From the NCBI GenBank assembly GCA_963848295.1, contig CAWKDB010000011.1:608001-672000 (forward strand): a stretch of 64,000 nucleotides of DNA, written 5' to 3'. A model generated the notes under the pieces. It worked only from the letters and a program-made list of their open reading frames with translations. It did no database searches and was not told the origin of the DNA. Below, one piece after another: positions 33,031-43,306 of this stretch. A program made the translations under genes and the position numbers. The stretch is from an uncultured delta proteobacterium (GTDB lineage Bacteria > Myxococcota_A > Polyangia > Haliangiales > Haliangiaceae). Numbering within the stretch: the first letter of the stretch is position 1; the number at the start of each line of letters is the position of its first letter.

Positions 33031-35744
33031 GGCCGCCGCTCGCCGGTCGAGCTCGGGTCGACCGCGGCCCGGAGCTGGCCGATCAACGCGGCTCGCTCGC
33101 CGGCATCGGTGAGGCGCTGGCCGGCGCGCGTCACGTAGAACACGTCGGCGACCTTCTCGCCCTCGGTCGAGACCTTGGCGAGCGAGATGTCCAGGCCGAG
33201 CTCGGCGAACGTTTGGGTGATCGCATGGAGCACGCCGGGGCGATCGAGCGTGAACACCTCGACGATCGTCGCCTGGGTCGAGTCGTCGTGCAGACGGATC
33301 TCGGTGACGACGCCGGGCGTGACGCGGGCCGGCAACCCGCTCTTCGGCCGCCGCCTCGCGATCAGCGCGGCGACCTTCGCCGGATCGAGCATGGTCGCGA
33401 ACAGCTCGCGCAAGTCGGCGGCGACTTTCGGCCAGCGCGGATCGTCCTCGGTGATCGCGGCACCCTTGCCGTCGCGGACATAGAACGTGTCGAGCGCGAG
33501 TCGCCGGCCGGCGTGCTCGCCGTGACCGAGCGCGGCGCCGAGCACGTCGACCCGATGAGCGGTCAGCGCCCCCGCGATCGCGGCGAGCGCACCGGGCACG
33601 TCGGGCGCGATCACGGCGACCTCGCTGTGGCCCTTCATCGGGAAGCAGTGGACCTCGATCGCGATCGCCGGCTGCTTCGTCGCGCTCGCGATCATCGCGC
33701 GGACGTGACGCGCGGCTTGGCGCGGCGTGAGCTGGACGAGCAACTGCGGGTCGACACCGGCGACCGCAGCGCGCGCATCGGGCTCGGTGTGCGCGCCGTC
33801 GCCGACGACGAGCTCCGCGATCCGCCGGCGCGCACCATCCTCTGGAGCGCTGCCGCCTTCGGGCCGCTCGCCGCGAAGGTGCGCGCGCGTTCGCAGCACG
33901 AGATCGCGCAACAGGCCGTCCTTCCACGCCGACAAGTTGTCGGGCGCGGTCATCGCGGTGTCGCACAGCGTGAGCAGATAGAGCTGGACGAGTCGCTCCT
34001 CGCCGCCGGGCGCGTTCGCGCCGATGCGCTCGGCGAACCGCGCGATCACGTCGTGGTCGGCGAGGTCGCGGCGCTGCGACAGATGGCTCATCGTCAGGTG
34101 CTGGCGCACGAGCATCTCGGCGAGCTCACCGTCGGCGTCGGTCATGCCGATCCGGCGAGCGACCGCGCGCGCGATCACCGCGCCTTTCTCGGCGTGGCCT
34201 TTGCCGAGCGGCTTGCCGACATCGTGCAGCAACGTCGCGAGCAGCAGCGCCGCCGGTCGAGTCACCGATCGCCACAGCTCGGTCGCGAGCGGGTGCTCCG
34301 CCGCGAGCTCGCCGCGCGCCAACCGCTTCTGCATCGCGAGCGCATAGAGCTGATGCTGGTCGACGGTATAGACGTGATAGAGGTCGTGCTGGACGCGCGC
34401 GGTGCACGGCGCCCACTCCGGCATCAACGTCCCGAGGATCGCGAGTTGGTGCATGACCTCGAGCGCCGACGGCTGCGCCGCGTCGCGCAGATCGATCAGC
34501 GCATCGTGGAACAGCCGCGCGGCCAGCGGATCGCCGGCGAGCGGCGCGGGGTCGCGCGCGATCGTCTCGGCCGCGAGGTCGCGCGTGTGACCGTAGACCG
34601 GCAGGCCGTGCTCGACCGCGACCCGGAACAACCGCACCATCTCGGCGGGCCGCTCCGCGAACAACCGCGGATCTTTGAGCGCGAGCTCGCCGTTGAACGC
34701 GATGAACGACGCATCGATCGGGGCGATCCGCGGCCGACGGCGCGCCGGCACTCGCGCGGACTCGAGCAGGCGATCGGCGACCTGGACGACCGCGCGCGCG
34801 TGCAGGTAATAGTCGCTCATCAACGCCTCGACCGCCGGTGCGACGGCGGATCGAACATCACCTTGGTGCGGGCGTGCGTGCGGATACAGCCGCGGTGCGA
34901 TCGCCTCCTGGATCTCGAACGTGAGCTGATCGAACCGGCGCTTCGCGGCGAGCTGGACCAACGTGCGAATCCGCAGCTGGAAGTCGCGCGCGCCGCGCAA
35001 CACCTCGACCTGGCGATGCGTGAGGTGGCTCATCGCGACGAGGCCGCCGATCACAGAATCCGTGCCGGCCGGGTCGCTGCCCGGACGCGGCGGTTGCCAG
35101 CGCACGGTCGCCGCCCACAGCGCGGTCGACAGATCGCGCAGCGCGCCGATGCCCATCTTCAAGTTCGGCTCGAGCACGTAGATCGCGGCGCCGAACCGAT
35201 CGTGGCGAGCGCGATTCTCGGCGACGAGCGCGGCGATCAGCTCGTTCGGGTTGCCCGCCGGTGCGAGCGCTCCGAGCATCGCGCGCTGGAGCTCGGTCGT
35301 GAGACGCCGGTCGCCCGCGATGTGACGCGCGTCGAGCAACGCGGTCGCGGTCGCGAGATCATCTTTCGCCAGCCGTGCCGCCGCACGCGGCTCGCGCACC
35401 GCGTGACCGATCGCGAGCTTGTCGTCCCACAGCGGATACAGCAGGCGATCCGCGACCTGCTTCGCCGCGGCCTCGCCGCGCTCGTGCAGCACGATGAAGT
35501 CGATGTCGGAGTACGGCGCGAGCTCGCGCCGCGCCCAGCCGCCCGTCGCGACCAGCGCGAGCGGCGCGCCCGCATCCGCCGCCGCCGCGGTGAACCGCTC
35601 GGCGACCTCGCGATCGTAGACGTCCGCGATCGCGCGGCAAGCTGCCCCACCACGGCCCGCGGCCTCGAGCCGTGGCGCGAGCTCGCCGATCACATCGTCG
35701 AGCGCGGTGCGCAAGCTGCTCGGCAAAGCGGTGACGGCGGCCAC
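33027..35744 (-). CDS. glnD: [Protein-PII] uridylyltransferase/uridylyl-removing enzyme
   Basis: GGWARRELAPYSDID; EPNLKMG.GALRD; YHVYTVDQH; LLHDVGK; two ACT domains (DRPGVL..AKVSTEGEKVADVFYV); start approximate. Confidence 0.93.
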   Translation of the reverse strand: MAAVTALPSSLRTALDDVIGELAPRLEAAGRGGAACRAIADVYDREVAERFTAAAADAGAPLALVATGGWARRELAPYSDIDFIVLHERGEAAAKQVADRLLYPLWDDKLAIGHAVREPRAAARLAKDDLATATALLDARHIAGDRRLTTELQRAMLGALAPAGNPNELIAALVAENRARHDRFGAAIYVLEPNLKMGIGALRDLSTALWAATVRWQPPRPGSDPAGTDSVIGGLVAMSHLTHRQVEVLRGARDFQLRIRTLVQLAAKRRFDQLTFEIQEAIAPRLYPHARPHQGDVRSAVAPAVEALMSDYYLHARAVVQVADRLLESARVPARRRPRIAPIDASFIAFNGELALKDPRLFAERPAEMVRLFRVAVEHGLPVYGHTRDLAAETIARDPAPLAGDPLAARLFHDALIDLRDAAQPSALEVMHQLAILGTLMPEWAPCTARVQHDLYHVYTVDQHQLYALAMQKRLARGELAAEHPLATELWRSVTRPAALLLATLLHDVGKPLGKGHAEKGAVIARAVARRIGMTDADGELAEMLVRQHLTMSHLSQRRDLADHDVIARFAERIGANAPGGEERLVQLYLLTLCDTAMTAPDNLSAWKDGLLRDLVLRTRAHLRGERPEGGSAPEDGARRRIAELVVGDGAHTEPDARAAVAGVDPQLLVQLTPRQAARHVRAMIASATKQPAIAIEVHCFPMKGHSEVAVIAPDVPGALAAIAGALTAHRVDVLGAALGHGEHAGRRLALDTFYVRDGKGAAITEDDPRWPKVAADLRELFATMLDPAKVAALIARRRPKSGLPARVTPGVVTEIRLHDDSTQATIVEVFTLDRPGVLHAITQTFAELGLDISLAKVSTEGEKVADVFYVTRAGQRLTDAGERAALIGQLRAAVDPSSTGERRP

Positions 35745-35786
35745 GGCGTCTAGATCTAGCACTCGTCTCGCCGGCGCGGATCGGCG

Positions 35787-36410
35787 ATGCTCGCCGCGAT
35801 GCGACGTGCGATCGCCTGCGCGGCGCTGGTGGCCGGCTGCGGCGACAACGCCGGCGCGCCCGATGTACCTGTGACGGTCATCGCCGACGCCGCGCCCGAC
35901 GCCGCGGTGATGCCGTGCACCGGCGGCGTCGAGCTCGTCGGCCAGTTCACCGAGACGTCGGCCGGCGATCCGCCCGAGTTCCCGGTCGTGCAGCCCACCG
36001 TCGGTCACCCGGACGGCTTCGATGTTCGCGTCGCGACCTGGCACGTCACGCACCTGGTCGGCACCGAGCTGGTCCCGGACTCCGCGGTCGCCGTCGAGTT
36101 CACCGGCTACGACGCCGCGGCGTTGAACGCGGGCCTCGCGTCGATGTTGACCCAGCCGGACATCGATGGAGGGTTGCTCGAGTTCGCACCTGACGTCGGC
36201 GGCGACGTCGAGCTCGAGTTGGCGACCGCCGGCAACTTCGTCGTGATGGACGTCCGCTGCTTTGGCCTGCTCCCCGTCGGCGATGCCGGGCTCCCGGCGA
36301 TCGCTCCGTTCGGCGTCAGCTGTGGCGTCACGTTCCTGCAGATCGCGCCCGATCGCACGATCACGATGGCGCACGGCGGCGGCGGCGCGATGCAGCTGGT
36401 CTGCGACTGA
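35787..36410 (+). CDS. Hypothetical lipoprotein, tandem copy 1
   Basis: LVAGC lipobox; paralogous to 36446-37078. Confidence 0.75.
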   Translation: MLAAMRRAIACAALVAGCGDNAGAPDVPVTVIADAAPDAAVMPCTGGVELVGQFTETSAGDPPEFPVVQPTVGHPDGFDVRVATWHVTHLVGTELVPDSAVAVEFTGYDAAALNAGLASMLTQPDIDGGLLEFAPDVGGDVELELATAGNFVVMDVRCFGLLPVGDAGLPAIAPFGVSCGVTFLQIAPDRTITMAHGGGGAMQLVCD

Positions 36411-36445
36411 CGACGTCGCCTTGTCGTCGCCGGCTCGGATCGGCG

Positions 36446-37078
36446 ATGCTCTCCGCGATGCGACGTGCGATCGCCTGCGCGGCGCTGTTGACCGGCTGCG
36501 GTGACAACGGCAGCGTGCCCGATGCGCCGGTGGCGGTCATCGCCGACGCCGCGCCCGATGCCGCGGTCATGCCGTGCACCGCCGGGATCGAGCTCGTCGG
36601 ACAGTTCACCGCGACCAACGCGGGCAGCCCGCCCGAGGTCCCGGTGACGATGCCGACCGTCGGGCACCCCGATGGCTTCGATCTTCGCGTCGCGAGCTGG
36701 CATGTCAACCATGACGACGAAGGCGATACGATCTTGATCGCGGACTCCGCGGTGAAGCTCGCATTCACTGGCTACGACGCCGCGGTCCTGAACACAGACC
36801 TAGCGCCGGTCTTGACCCTGCCGGACCTCGGCGGGGCCCTGTTCCAGCTCCTGCCCCACTCCGTGCTTCCGGTGACGCTCCAGATCGCGACGCTCGACCG
36901 TACCGCGATCATGACCGCGGATTGTGGTGGCTTGCTGGGGCTCGACAACACGGGGGTCCCCACGATCGCTCCGCTCAACCTCTCCTGCAGTGTCACGTTC
37001 TCCCAGGACGCTCCCGACGGCACGCTGATCAAGCTCGCGAACGGCAACGACGGCGCGATCCAGCTCGTGTGCGACTAA
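36446..37078 (+). CDS. Hypothetical lipoprotein, tandem copy 2
   Basis: LTGC lipobox; near-identical 5' region to copy 1 and shared C-terminal QLVCD. Confidence 0.75.
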   Translation: MLSAMRRAIACAALLTGCGDNGSVPDAPVAVIADAAPDAAVMPCTAGIELVGQFTATNAGSPPEVPVTMPTVGHPDGFDLRVASWHVNHDDEGDTILIADSAVKLAFTGYDAAVLNTDLAPVLTLPDLGGALFQLLPHSVLPVTLQIATLDRTAIMTADCGGLLGLDNTGVPTIAPLNLSCSVTFSQDAPDGTLIKLANGNDGAIQLVCD

Positions 37079-38751
37079 GGCAGCTTGTCGTCGAACGACA
37101 GCTGCGACAGATCGATCCAGCCGTCCCACACCTTCACGCCTTTGACCCGGCGCTGGATCAGGCCCTGCGGCGCATCGGCGACGATGCCCGCGATCGGCCA
37201 GCTGGCGCCGAGCGCGGACGCGAGCTCGACCGCCGCCTTCCGGCGCTCCGCCGGATCCCACGCGGCACCGAGCGCCTCGAGCGCGCGGTCGACACGCGGA
37301 TCGGCGACCCGCCCCGGGTCTTTGCTGCTGACGATCGGGGCGATGTCGCCATCGACCATCCCGGACCACGCGAGCTCGATCAGATCGTAGTTGCCGTCGC
37401 TGCGCCGCTTGTCGAGGAACGCTTCGCCGCCGGTCTTGACGTCGATCACGACCCCGATCCGGCGCGCCGCCTCGACGAAGTAGTCGCGCTCGGTCTTGAT
37501 CGGTGGCCCGGTCGGGTCTTTCGGAGGCGGATGCTCGCCGCCGATCATGACGAGCCGGAGCTGCTTGCCCGCTTGATCGCGGATCGAGTCCTTGTCGCTG
37601 TCGGTCCAGCCCGCGGCGTCGAGCAGCTTGCCGGCGGCGGCGGGATCGAAGTCGGGCACGGCGGCTTCCGGCGCGTCGACCGGCCCACCCGGCCAGATCG
37701 GCCAGCCGACCGGCCGCGCGAGCCCGGCGAACACCTTCTTCGCGATCGCGCGGCGATCGACGAGCAACGCGAGCGCGTGGCGAACCCGCGGGTCGGCGAG
37801 CGCGCCGCGCGGGTCGAACGCGAAGTAGCGCAGCTTCGGCGGCGCGAGCTCGAGCGGACGAAACATCGCGACGATGCCGGGCGAGGTCGCCTGCTCGGGC
37901 CAGTGCGCCGGGATCAGCGCCGGAATTACATCGAGCTCGCCGTGCTTCGCCGCGGTCAGCGCGACCGCCGCGTCGGGCTCGTAGACGAACTCGAGGTCCT
38001 GGATCGCCGCGGGCCCGGCCCAGTACTTGTCGAACCGCGTCAGGTGGACGACGCCCCCCTTGTTCGACACCAGCTTCCACGGCCCGGTGCCGACCAGCGC
38101 GCCGCCCGCGTGCAGGCTGCCGTCGTAGACGTGCATCGGCAAGATCGGAATCTCGGCGAGCGCGCGCAGCACGTAGCCGCTCGGCCGCTTGAGCCGCAGC
38201 CGCAGCTCCTGCGACGTGATCAGCTCGATCGCTTCGACGTCGTCGAGCATCGGCCGGAGATGATCGACGCCTTTGTGCGGATCGCGGACCGCATCGAGCG
38301 TGAACTGGACATCCGACGTCGTCAGCGGCGTGCCATCGTGGAATAGAATCCCGGGCTCGAGCACGACGCGGATCTCCAAGCCATTCGGCATCACCTGCCA
38401 GCTGCGCGCGAGCCGGGGCGCGTAGTGGCCAGCGCCACCGGCGTCCGGCGGGACGTAGCGGAGCAGCGGCTCGAAGATCGTCCCGAGCGTGATCCGGCGC
38501 GCCCACAGCGACGGCTCGAGGATCGCGGTCAGCCTCCCGGGCTCGGCATCGACCGCGATCCGCAGCGTGTGCCCGCGTGCGGCATGGACCTCACTCTCGC
38601 TCGGCGTAGCGGCGAGCACGGGCGATCGAGGCGCTCGTTCGGCCTCGGCGGTGGGGTCCGGTGCGTGCCGCCACGGTTTGACGCGAGCCGGCGACTCGCA
38701 CGCGATACACGCGAGCACGAGAGCGGCGACTTGAGGGGCCCGCATCACCAT
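37075..38751 (-). CDS. ABC transporter substrate-binding protein, family 5 (peptide/nickel)
   Basis: IFEPLLRY; LARSW; FHDGTPLT.SDVQFT; VGTGPWKL; DPRVRHAL; LLDAAGW. Confidence 0.9.
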   Translation of the reverse strand: MVMRAPQVAALVLACIACESPARVKPWRHAPDPTAEAERAPRSPVLAATPSESEVHAARGHTLRIAVDAEPGRLTAILEPSLWARRITLGTIFEPLLRYVPPDAGGAGHYAPRLARSWQVMPNGLEIRVVLEPGILFHDGTPLTTSDVQFTLDAVRDPHKGVDHLRPMLDDVEAIELITSQELRLRLKRPSGYVLRALAEIPILPMHVYDGSLHAGGALVGTGPWKLVSNKGGVVHLTRFDKYWAGPAAIQDLEFVYEPDAAVALTAAKHGELDVIPALIPAHWPEQATSPGIVAMFRPLELAPPKLRYFAFDPRGALADPRVRHALALLVDRRAIAKKVFAGLARPVGWPIWPGGPVDAPEAAVPDFDPAAAGKLLDAAGWTDSDKDSIRDQAGKQLRLVMIGGEHPPPKDPTGPPIKTERDYFVEAARRIGVVIDVKTGGEAFLDKRRSDGNYDLIELAWSGMVDGDIAPIVSSKDPGRVADPRVDRALEALGAAWDPAERRKAAVELASALGASWPIAGIVADAPQGLIQRRVKGVKVWDGWIDLSQLSFDDKLP

Positions 38752-38766
38752 GTTATCACTCGCAGC

Positions 38767-39513
38767 ATGCCGCACCGTTCGGGCGTCTGCACCGTCTCCC
38801 TCGCCAGTCTCGTCGCGGTTGCCGCCCTGGGCGGTTGCAAGGGCGACAAGCTCAAGGGTCCTGAAGCCGAGGTCAAGAAGCCAGACATCAAGGTCGACTT
38901 GCCTGCGATCCCGGCGTTCGATATGCCGCCCGCCAACCCCGATGGGTCGCACTCGGTGAAGGAGCTGCGGGTCAAGGGCAAGAAGTTCTTAGATACCGAC
39001 ATCACGGTCAAGGGCATCATCACCTGGGCCTACGACTGCCCCACCGCGGTCCGCAAACCGGACGAGAGCGACAAGGATCTCAAGAAGCGGCTCGACGACG
39101 ATCCGACGCTGTGCGAGCGGCCGAAGTTCTACATCGGCGACACCGCCGCGACCCCGGCGGAGAAGAGCCTGTGGGTGGTCGACGTGCCCCGGCCGTACAA
39201 CAAGCTCGAAGAGGAGCGGCTCAAGAAGGCAGAGCGCAACGCGCCCGACCGCTGCGAGCCGGGCGAAAAGGATCCCAAGAAGATGATCTGCCCGCCTTAC
39301 AAGGTCGGCGACGAGGTGATCATCACCGGCACGTTCAAGCTGAGCTCGCCGCACAGCGAGCGCAACTCCGACGGCCTGCTCGTCTACAAGTCGCTCAAGA
39401 ACACGACCGAGAACTGGGAGACCCCGCCGCCCGTCGCGCCTCCGCCGGGCACGCCCGCTGCCCCGCCGCCCGCGACGAAGGCCTCGCCGACCGATCTGAT
39501 GAAGCACGGATAG
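38767..39513 (+). CDS. Hypothetical lipoprotein (OB-fold-like)
   Basis: LGGC lipobox; ITVKGII..YKVGDEVIITGTF..SDGLLVY; strong codon bias. Confidence 0.75.
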   Translation: MPHRSGVCTVSLASLVAVAALGGCKGDKLKGPEAEVKKPDIKVDLPAIPAFDMPPANPDGSHSVKELRVKGKKFLDTDITVKGIITWAYDCPTAVRKPDESDKDLKKRLDDDPTLCERPKFYIGDTAATPAEKSLWVVDVPRPYNKLEEERLKKAERNAPDRCEPGEKDPKKMICPPYKVGDEVIITGTFKLSSPHSERNSDGLLVYKSLKNTTENWETPPPVAPPPGTPAAPPPATKASPTDLMKHG

Positions 39514-39518
39514 AGTCG

Positions 39519-41102
39519 TTACGGCGAGGGGCCACCGCTTACGGTGCCCCTACGCGCCCGGAACCGCGCGAGCGCATCGCACAGCGCCGGCGCGACCGCG
39601 ACGACCTCGCCGGCGCTGCGGATCGCGCAGTGGCCGCCGACCTCGAGCTCGTGGTCGTACGGTGCGCCGCCAGGCGGCGAGACCGTGAGGTCGATGTGAT
39701 GGGTCGGCGTGAACGGCCCCGGCGGCGTGTCGAGCTCGGCTGGCGCGGCGACGAGCGCGACCACGGCCTGCGGGTCCGGCCGTCCTTTGGGATAGCTATC
39801 CCATTCTCCGACGACCGCACGGCGCACGTACCGGGCGTCGTCGATGACGATGCCGCTGATCGTCAACGGGTCTTCGAGCCAGGTGACGCGACCGCGCACG
39901 TCGCGCCGGGTCGACGTGATCCGCCGCCACGCGCCGTCGGACGGTCGCAGCGCGAGCGGCTCGCCGTGGCGGGCGAGCACGTGGTGGTCGAACAGATCGA
40001 GCCGCGTGCCATCGACGTCGAGATGCGACGTAGGCGGCGCGTCGGGCAATCGCGTGATCGTCGCCGGTTCGGCCAGCGCGGCGAGCACGGCGTCGACCCC
40101 CGGCGGGGACGCGGGCTGCGCGCCGATCATCGCGCGCTTGCCGAGCTCGATCGTCGTGCCATCGACGAGCACGAGCCGGTGATGCGCGCCCGCAAACGGG
40201 CGGCGATCGACGATCGCGCTCGCGTCGCCGGCGAGTGCGAGCACCGCGGCGCGCACCCGCTCGAAGGCTGCGACCGCGATGCATGCCTCGCCGTCCGGCG
40301 AGCTGAGCGCGACCGAGCCGCTGCGACCGAGGCACGGCGTCCCTAGCGTCGCGCGATCGGGATGAGCGCCGAGCTCGAGCACGAGCTCGGCGTCGCGGGG
40401 CGGCGGTGGCGGCTGGCGCGCGCTCCGATCGCCGAGCGGCTCGACCTCGACCGCCTGAAGCGCCGAGACGAGCGCCGCGATCCGCGACGGATCGACGCGC
40501 AGCTGCTCCGGCGCCGACTCCTGCCCGGTCGCGAGATCGACCGCGATGTCGGCGCCGCCGTCGACCCGGTGGACGACGAGCGCTTGCTCGCCGAACCCGG
40601 CGCGGAACGGATGCGCGCGCAGCATGGCGTGGAGCGGCGGATAGAGCGCGTGCGCGACCCAGTCTTCGACGAGCAGCGCGGCGCCATCGCCAACGAGCCA
40701 AGTCTCGCCGCTGCCGGGGAGCGGGTCGGCGATCGCGATCTGCCACGTGCGCGCGCCGGCGCCGACGGTCAGCGTCGAGCGAATCGCACCGGCGCGGGCG
40801 GCCCCGGCGCGCCGTTGCCAGCGCGCACCGCGCAGCGCGGTGAGCACGCCGTCGATCGCCGCGTCGTCGGCGGCGTACGGCTGCGGCGACGTGAGCGTCC
40901 ACGTGGTGCCGCGGCGCCCGACCCGCACGTCGCCGCCATCGGCGCGGTGCCACGCGAGCGAGTCGACCTGCGCGGGCTCCAAGTCCGGCGCGAGTTGCCG
41001 CGACCGAACCGGCTGCTTGCCACCGGGATCGATCGCGACGATCACCGCGAGCGCGAGCGCGACGACGGCGAGCGCGACCAGGCCGCGCCGGCTCGCGATC
41101 AC
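39519..41102 (-). CDS. DUF4340-like protein of a Gld-type ABC cluster
   Basis: N-terminal TM; W.LTSP.PYAADDAAID.VL motif; follows the GldG-like gene. Confidence 0.65.
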   Translation of the reverse strand: MIASRRGLVALAVVALALAVIVAIDPGGKQPVRSRQLAPDLEPAQVDSLAWHRADGGDVRVGRRGTTWTLTSPQPYAADDAAIDGVLTALRGARWQRRAGAARAGAIRSTLTVGAGARTWQIAIADPLPGSGETWLVGDGAALLVEDWVAHALYPPLHAMLRAHPFRAGFGEQALVVHRVDGGADIAVDLATGQESAPEQLRVDPSRIAALVSALQAVEVEPLGDRSARQPPPPPRDAELVLELGAHPDRATLGTPCLGRSGSVALSSPDGEACIAVAAFERVRAAVLALAGDASAIVDRRPFAGAHHRLVLVDGTTIELGKRAMIGAQPASPPGVDAVLAALAEPATITRLPDAPPTSHLDVDGTRLDLFDHHVLARHGEPLALRPSDGAWRRITSTRRDVRGRVTWLEDPLTISGIVIDDARYVRRAVVGEWDSYPKGRPDPQAVVALVAAPAELDTPPGPFTPTHHIDLTVSPPGGAPYDHELEVGGHCAIRSAGEVVAVAPALCDALARFRARRGTVSGGPSP

Positions 41103-43306
41103 GCGGCCCTCGCGGCGCGCCGCCGGCGCCACAGCACGAGCCCGCCGCCGATCACGATCCACGCGAGCGGGATCCCCGCGACCGACAGCGCGATCACCGC
41201 GCGGCGCTCGGCGTCGGTCATCACCAGGCGCAGCTGATCGGGCGTGCGCGTGTCGATCGCGATCCGCACCGGTTTGGCCGCGAGCCAGCGCACCGCCTGC
41301 GCGAGCCACAAGTCCCCGGCGGACACGCCGCTGCCGACGATCGACGTCGCGAACGACTCGGCCGAACCGAGCGCGATCACGCGATGCCCGGGATGCCCGC
41401 CGAGCGCGGCGAGCGCGACCGGGCCGGGCGGATCGTCGGGCGAGCGCGGCCGCAGCTTCGAACCTTCGACCTGGTAGCTCTGCTTGCTCGCGGTGACGAG
41501 CGCGAGGGCGCCTCCGGTCGTCGTCACCGCGCGCGGCTGATACCACAGCGTCGCGCGCCCTCCGGCGAAGCCGGCGTCGATCGGGTGCTCGGCGTAGCCG
41601 GTCGTCACCAGGATCGCGCCGGGTAGCCCGCGCAGCGCGACCTCCGGGCTCGGATCCACGACGAGCGCCGGCGGTAGGCCGAGCCCATCGGCCGCGAGCA
41701 CACCTTCGAGCCCCGTCGACGCGAGCGCGCCGGTGCCGATCGGCCTGCTCGCCGCGGCGACGAGCAGGCCCTTGCCGCGCGCGACGAACGCCTGCAGCGC
41801 GAGCGCCTCCTCGGGCGACAGCGGCGCAGACGGTCCAGTGACGATCACGACGTCGCACGCCGAGGGGATCGGCTCTGCGGTTAGATCGATCGCGAGCAGC
41901 GTCGCGCCATCACCGCGCAGACGATCGGCGACCGCGGTCCAATCCGCGTCCTGCGCCGCATGCACGTCGAACGGGAGCTCGCCGTGGCCGGTCGTCACGC
42001 ACGCGGTGTAAGGCTCGGCGGTCGCCAGCGCGGCGAGCGCGCCGGCGAGCGCGCGTTCGATCGCGACCTGCTCGACCGTCGGAGCGCCCGTCGCGCCGGA
42101 GTCGATCGTCGCGAGGTCGGGCAGATCGACGACGCGGCGCCGCCCGCCGAGCTCGACCACGACGCCCCCGTACTTCTCGAGGCTGTCGGCGGGTACGCCG
42201 GCCTCGCGCGCCGCCGCGGCAATGCCGCCGCCCAGCGCCGCCGGATCGATCCGGCGGACATGGATCGGCCCGCGCTCGGCCATGCGCGCGGCGACGCGCG
42301 AGGCCTGCTCGTACACCGGCTCGGGACCGGCGAGCGTGGGCCACACGATCGTGAGCGTCGCCGGCTCGGTGAGGCCGTCGCAGATCGCGGCGGTGCTCGG
42401 GTCGAGCGAGTTGCGGCCCGAAGCCGTGACGTCCCAGCGCGCGGGGTGGCGTGCCGCGATCACGCCTGCAAGTACCGCGATCGCGGCGACGAGCGCACAC
42501 GCGGCGAACCGCGCGCGGGATTCGCGGCGCGCGCGCCGGTCGGCGCACGCGAGCGCGATCGCGAGCGACAGCCCCGTCGCGGCGAGGCCAGCGATCAGCG
42601 CGACCGCGGGTACGGTGATCTCGCCGCGCGCGAAGCTCGCGAGCTGGCCGCGCAGCGAGCACGCCGCGAGCACCGCGGACAGGCTCGGGTGATCGCCGCC
42701 GAGCTCGGGCCACAGCGACGGCAGCTCGCCGACGAGGAAGATCCCGATCAGCGCGGCGAACCCGAGCGCGCCGGCCGCGAGCGAGGACGTCGTCGCCGCA
42801 CTCGCCGCGATCGCCCACGCGAGCAACGCCGCGCCGAGCGCGATCGCACCGGCATAGCCGCACGCGATGCTCGCGAGATCCCAGCCGCCGCCCTCGCCGC
42901 GATATGCCGCGACCACGGCGAGGTACGCGAGCGTCGGGACCCACAGCAGCGCGTACACGGCCGACGCCGCGAGCCACTTGCCGACGATCGCGGCGCGCTC
43001 GCTCGCGCCGGCGGTGACGAGCAGCTCCCAGCCGCCGGTGCGGCGCTCGTCGGCGACCGTGCGCATGCCGAGCAGCGTGATCACGACGAGCTGGAGCACC
43101 CAGGTCAGTAGCGTGCCGGACAGCTGGCCCTCGAGCAGCGCGCCGAGCGGTGCCGGCCGCTTGGGATCGGACAGGGCGCCGACGAGCCCGGCGAACGCGA
43201 GACCTTGGACGATCAGGAACAGACCGCCGACCACGTAGACGATCGGCGCGCGCAGCGTGACCGCGAGCTCGCGGCGAAACGTCCAGTACACCGCGCGCGT
43301 CGTCAT
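41099..43306 (-). CDS. Fused ABC-2 permease (GldF-like) and GldG-like auxiliary domain
   Basis: FRREL..P..YV; MRTVADERRTGGWELL; GKWLA; WDVT....SL; TTGHGE; VTGP..PLS.EE. Confidence 0.88.
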   Translation of the reverse strand: MTTRAVYWTFRRELAVTLRAPIVYVVGGLFLIVQGLAFAGLVGALSDPKRPAPLGALLEGQLSGTLLTWVLQLVVITLLGMRTVADERRTGGWELLVTAGASERAAIVGKWLAASAVYALLWVPTLAYLAVVAAYRGEGGGWDLASIACGYAGAIALGAALLAWAIAASAATTSSLAAGALGFAALIGIFLVGELPSLWPELGGDHPSLSAVLAACSLRGQLASFARGEITVPAVALIAGLAATGLSLAIALACADRRARRESRARFAACALVAAIAVLAGVIAARHPARWDVTASGRNSLDPSTAAICDGLTEPATLTIVWPTLAGPEPVYEQASRVAARMAERGPIHVRRIDPAALGGGIAAAAREAGVPADSLEKYGGVVVELGGRRRVVDLPDLATIDSGATGAPTVEQVAIERALAGALAALATAEPYTACVTTGHGELPFDVHAAQDADWTAVADRLRGDGATLLAIDLTAEPIPSACDVVIVTGPSAPLSPEEALALQAFVARGKGLLVAAASRPIGTGALASTGLEGVLAADGLGLPPALVVDPSPEVALRGLPGAILVTTGYAEHPIDAGFAGGRATLWYQPRAVTTTGGALALVTASKQSYQVEGSKLRPRSPDDPPGPVALAALGGHPGHRVIALGSAESFATSIVGSGVSAGDLWLAQAVRWLAAKPVRIAIDTRTPDQLRLVMTDAERRAVIALSVAGIPLAWIVIGGGLVLWRRRRAARAA

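Noticed and set aside
33027..36374. 1115-aa extended GlnD
   Set aside because: The N-terminal ~200 aa are the antisense of the lipoprotein at 35787-36410; GlnD similarity begins near 35740.
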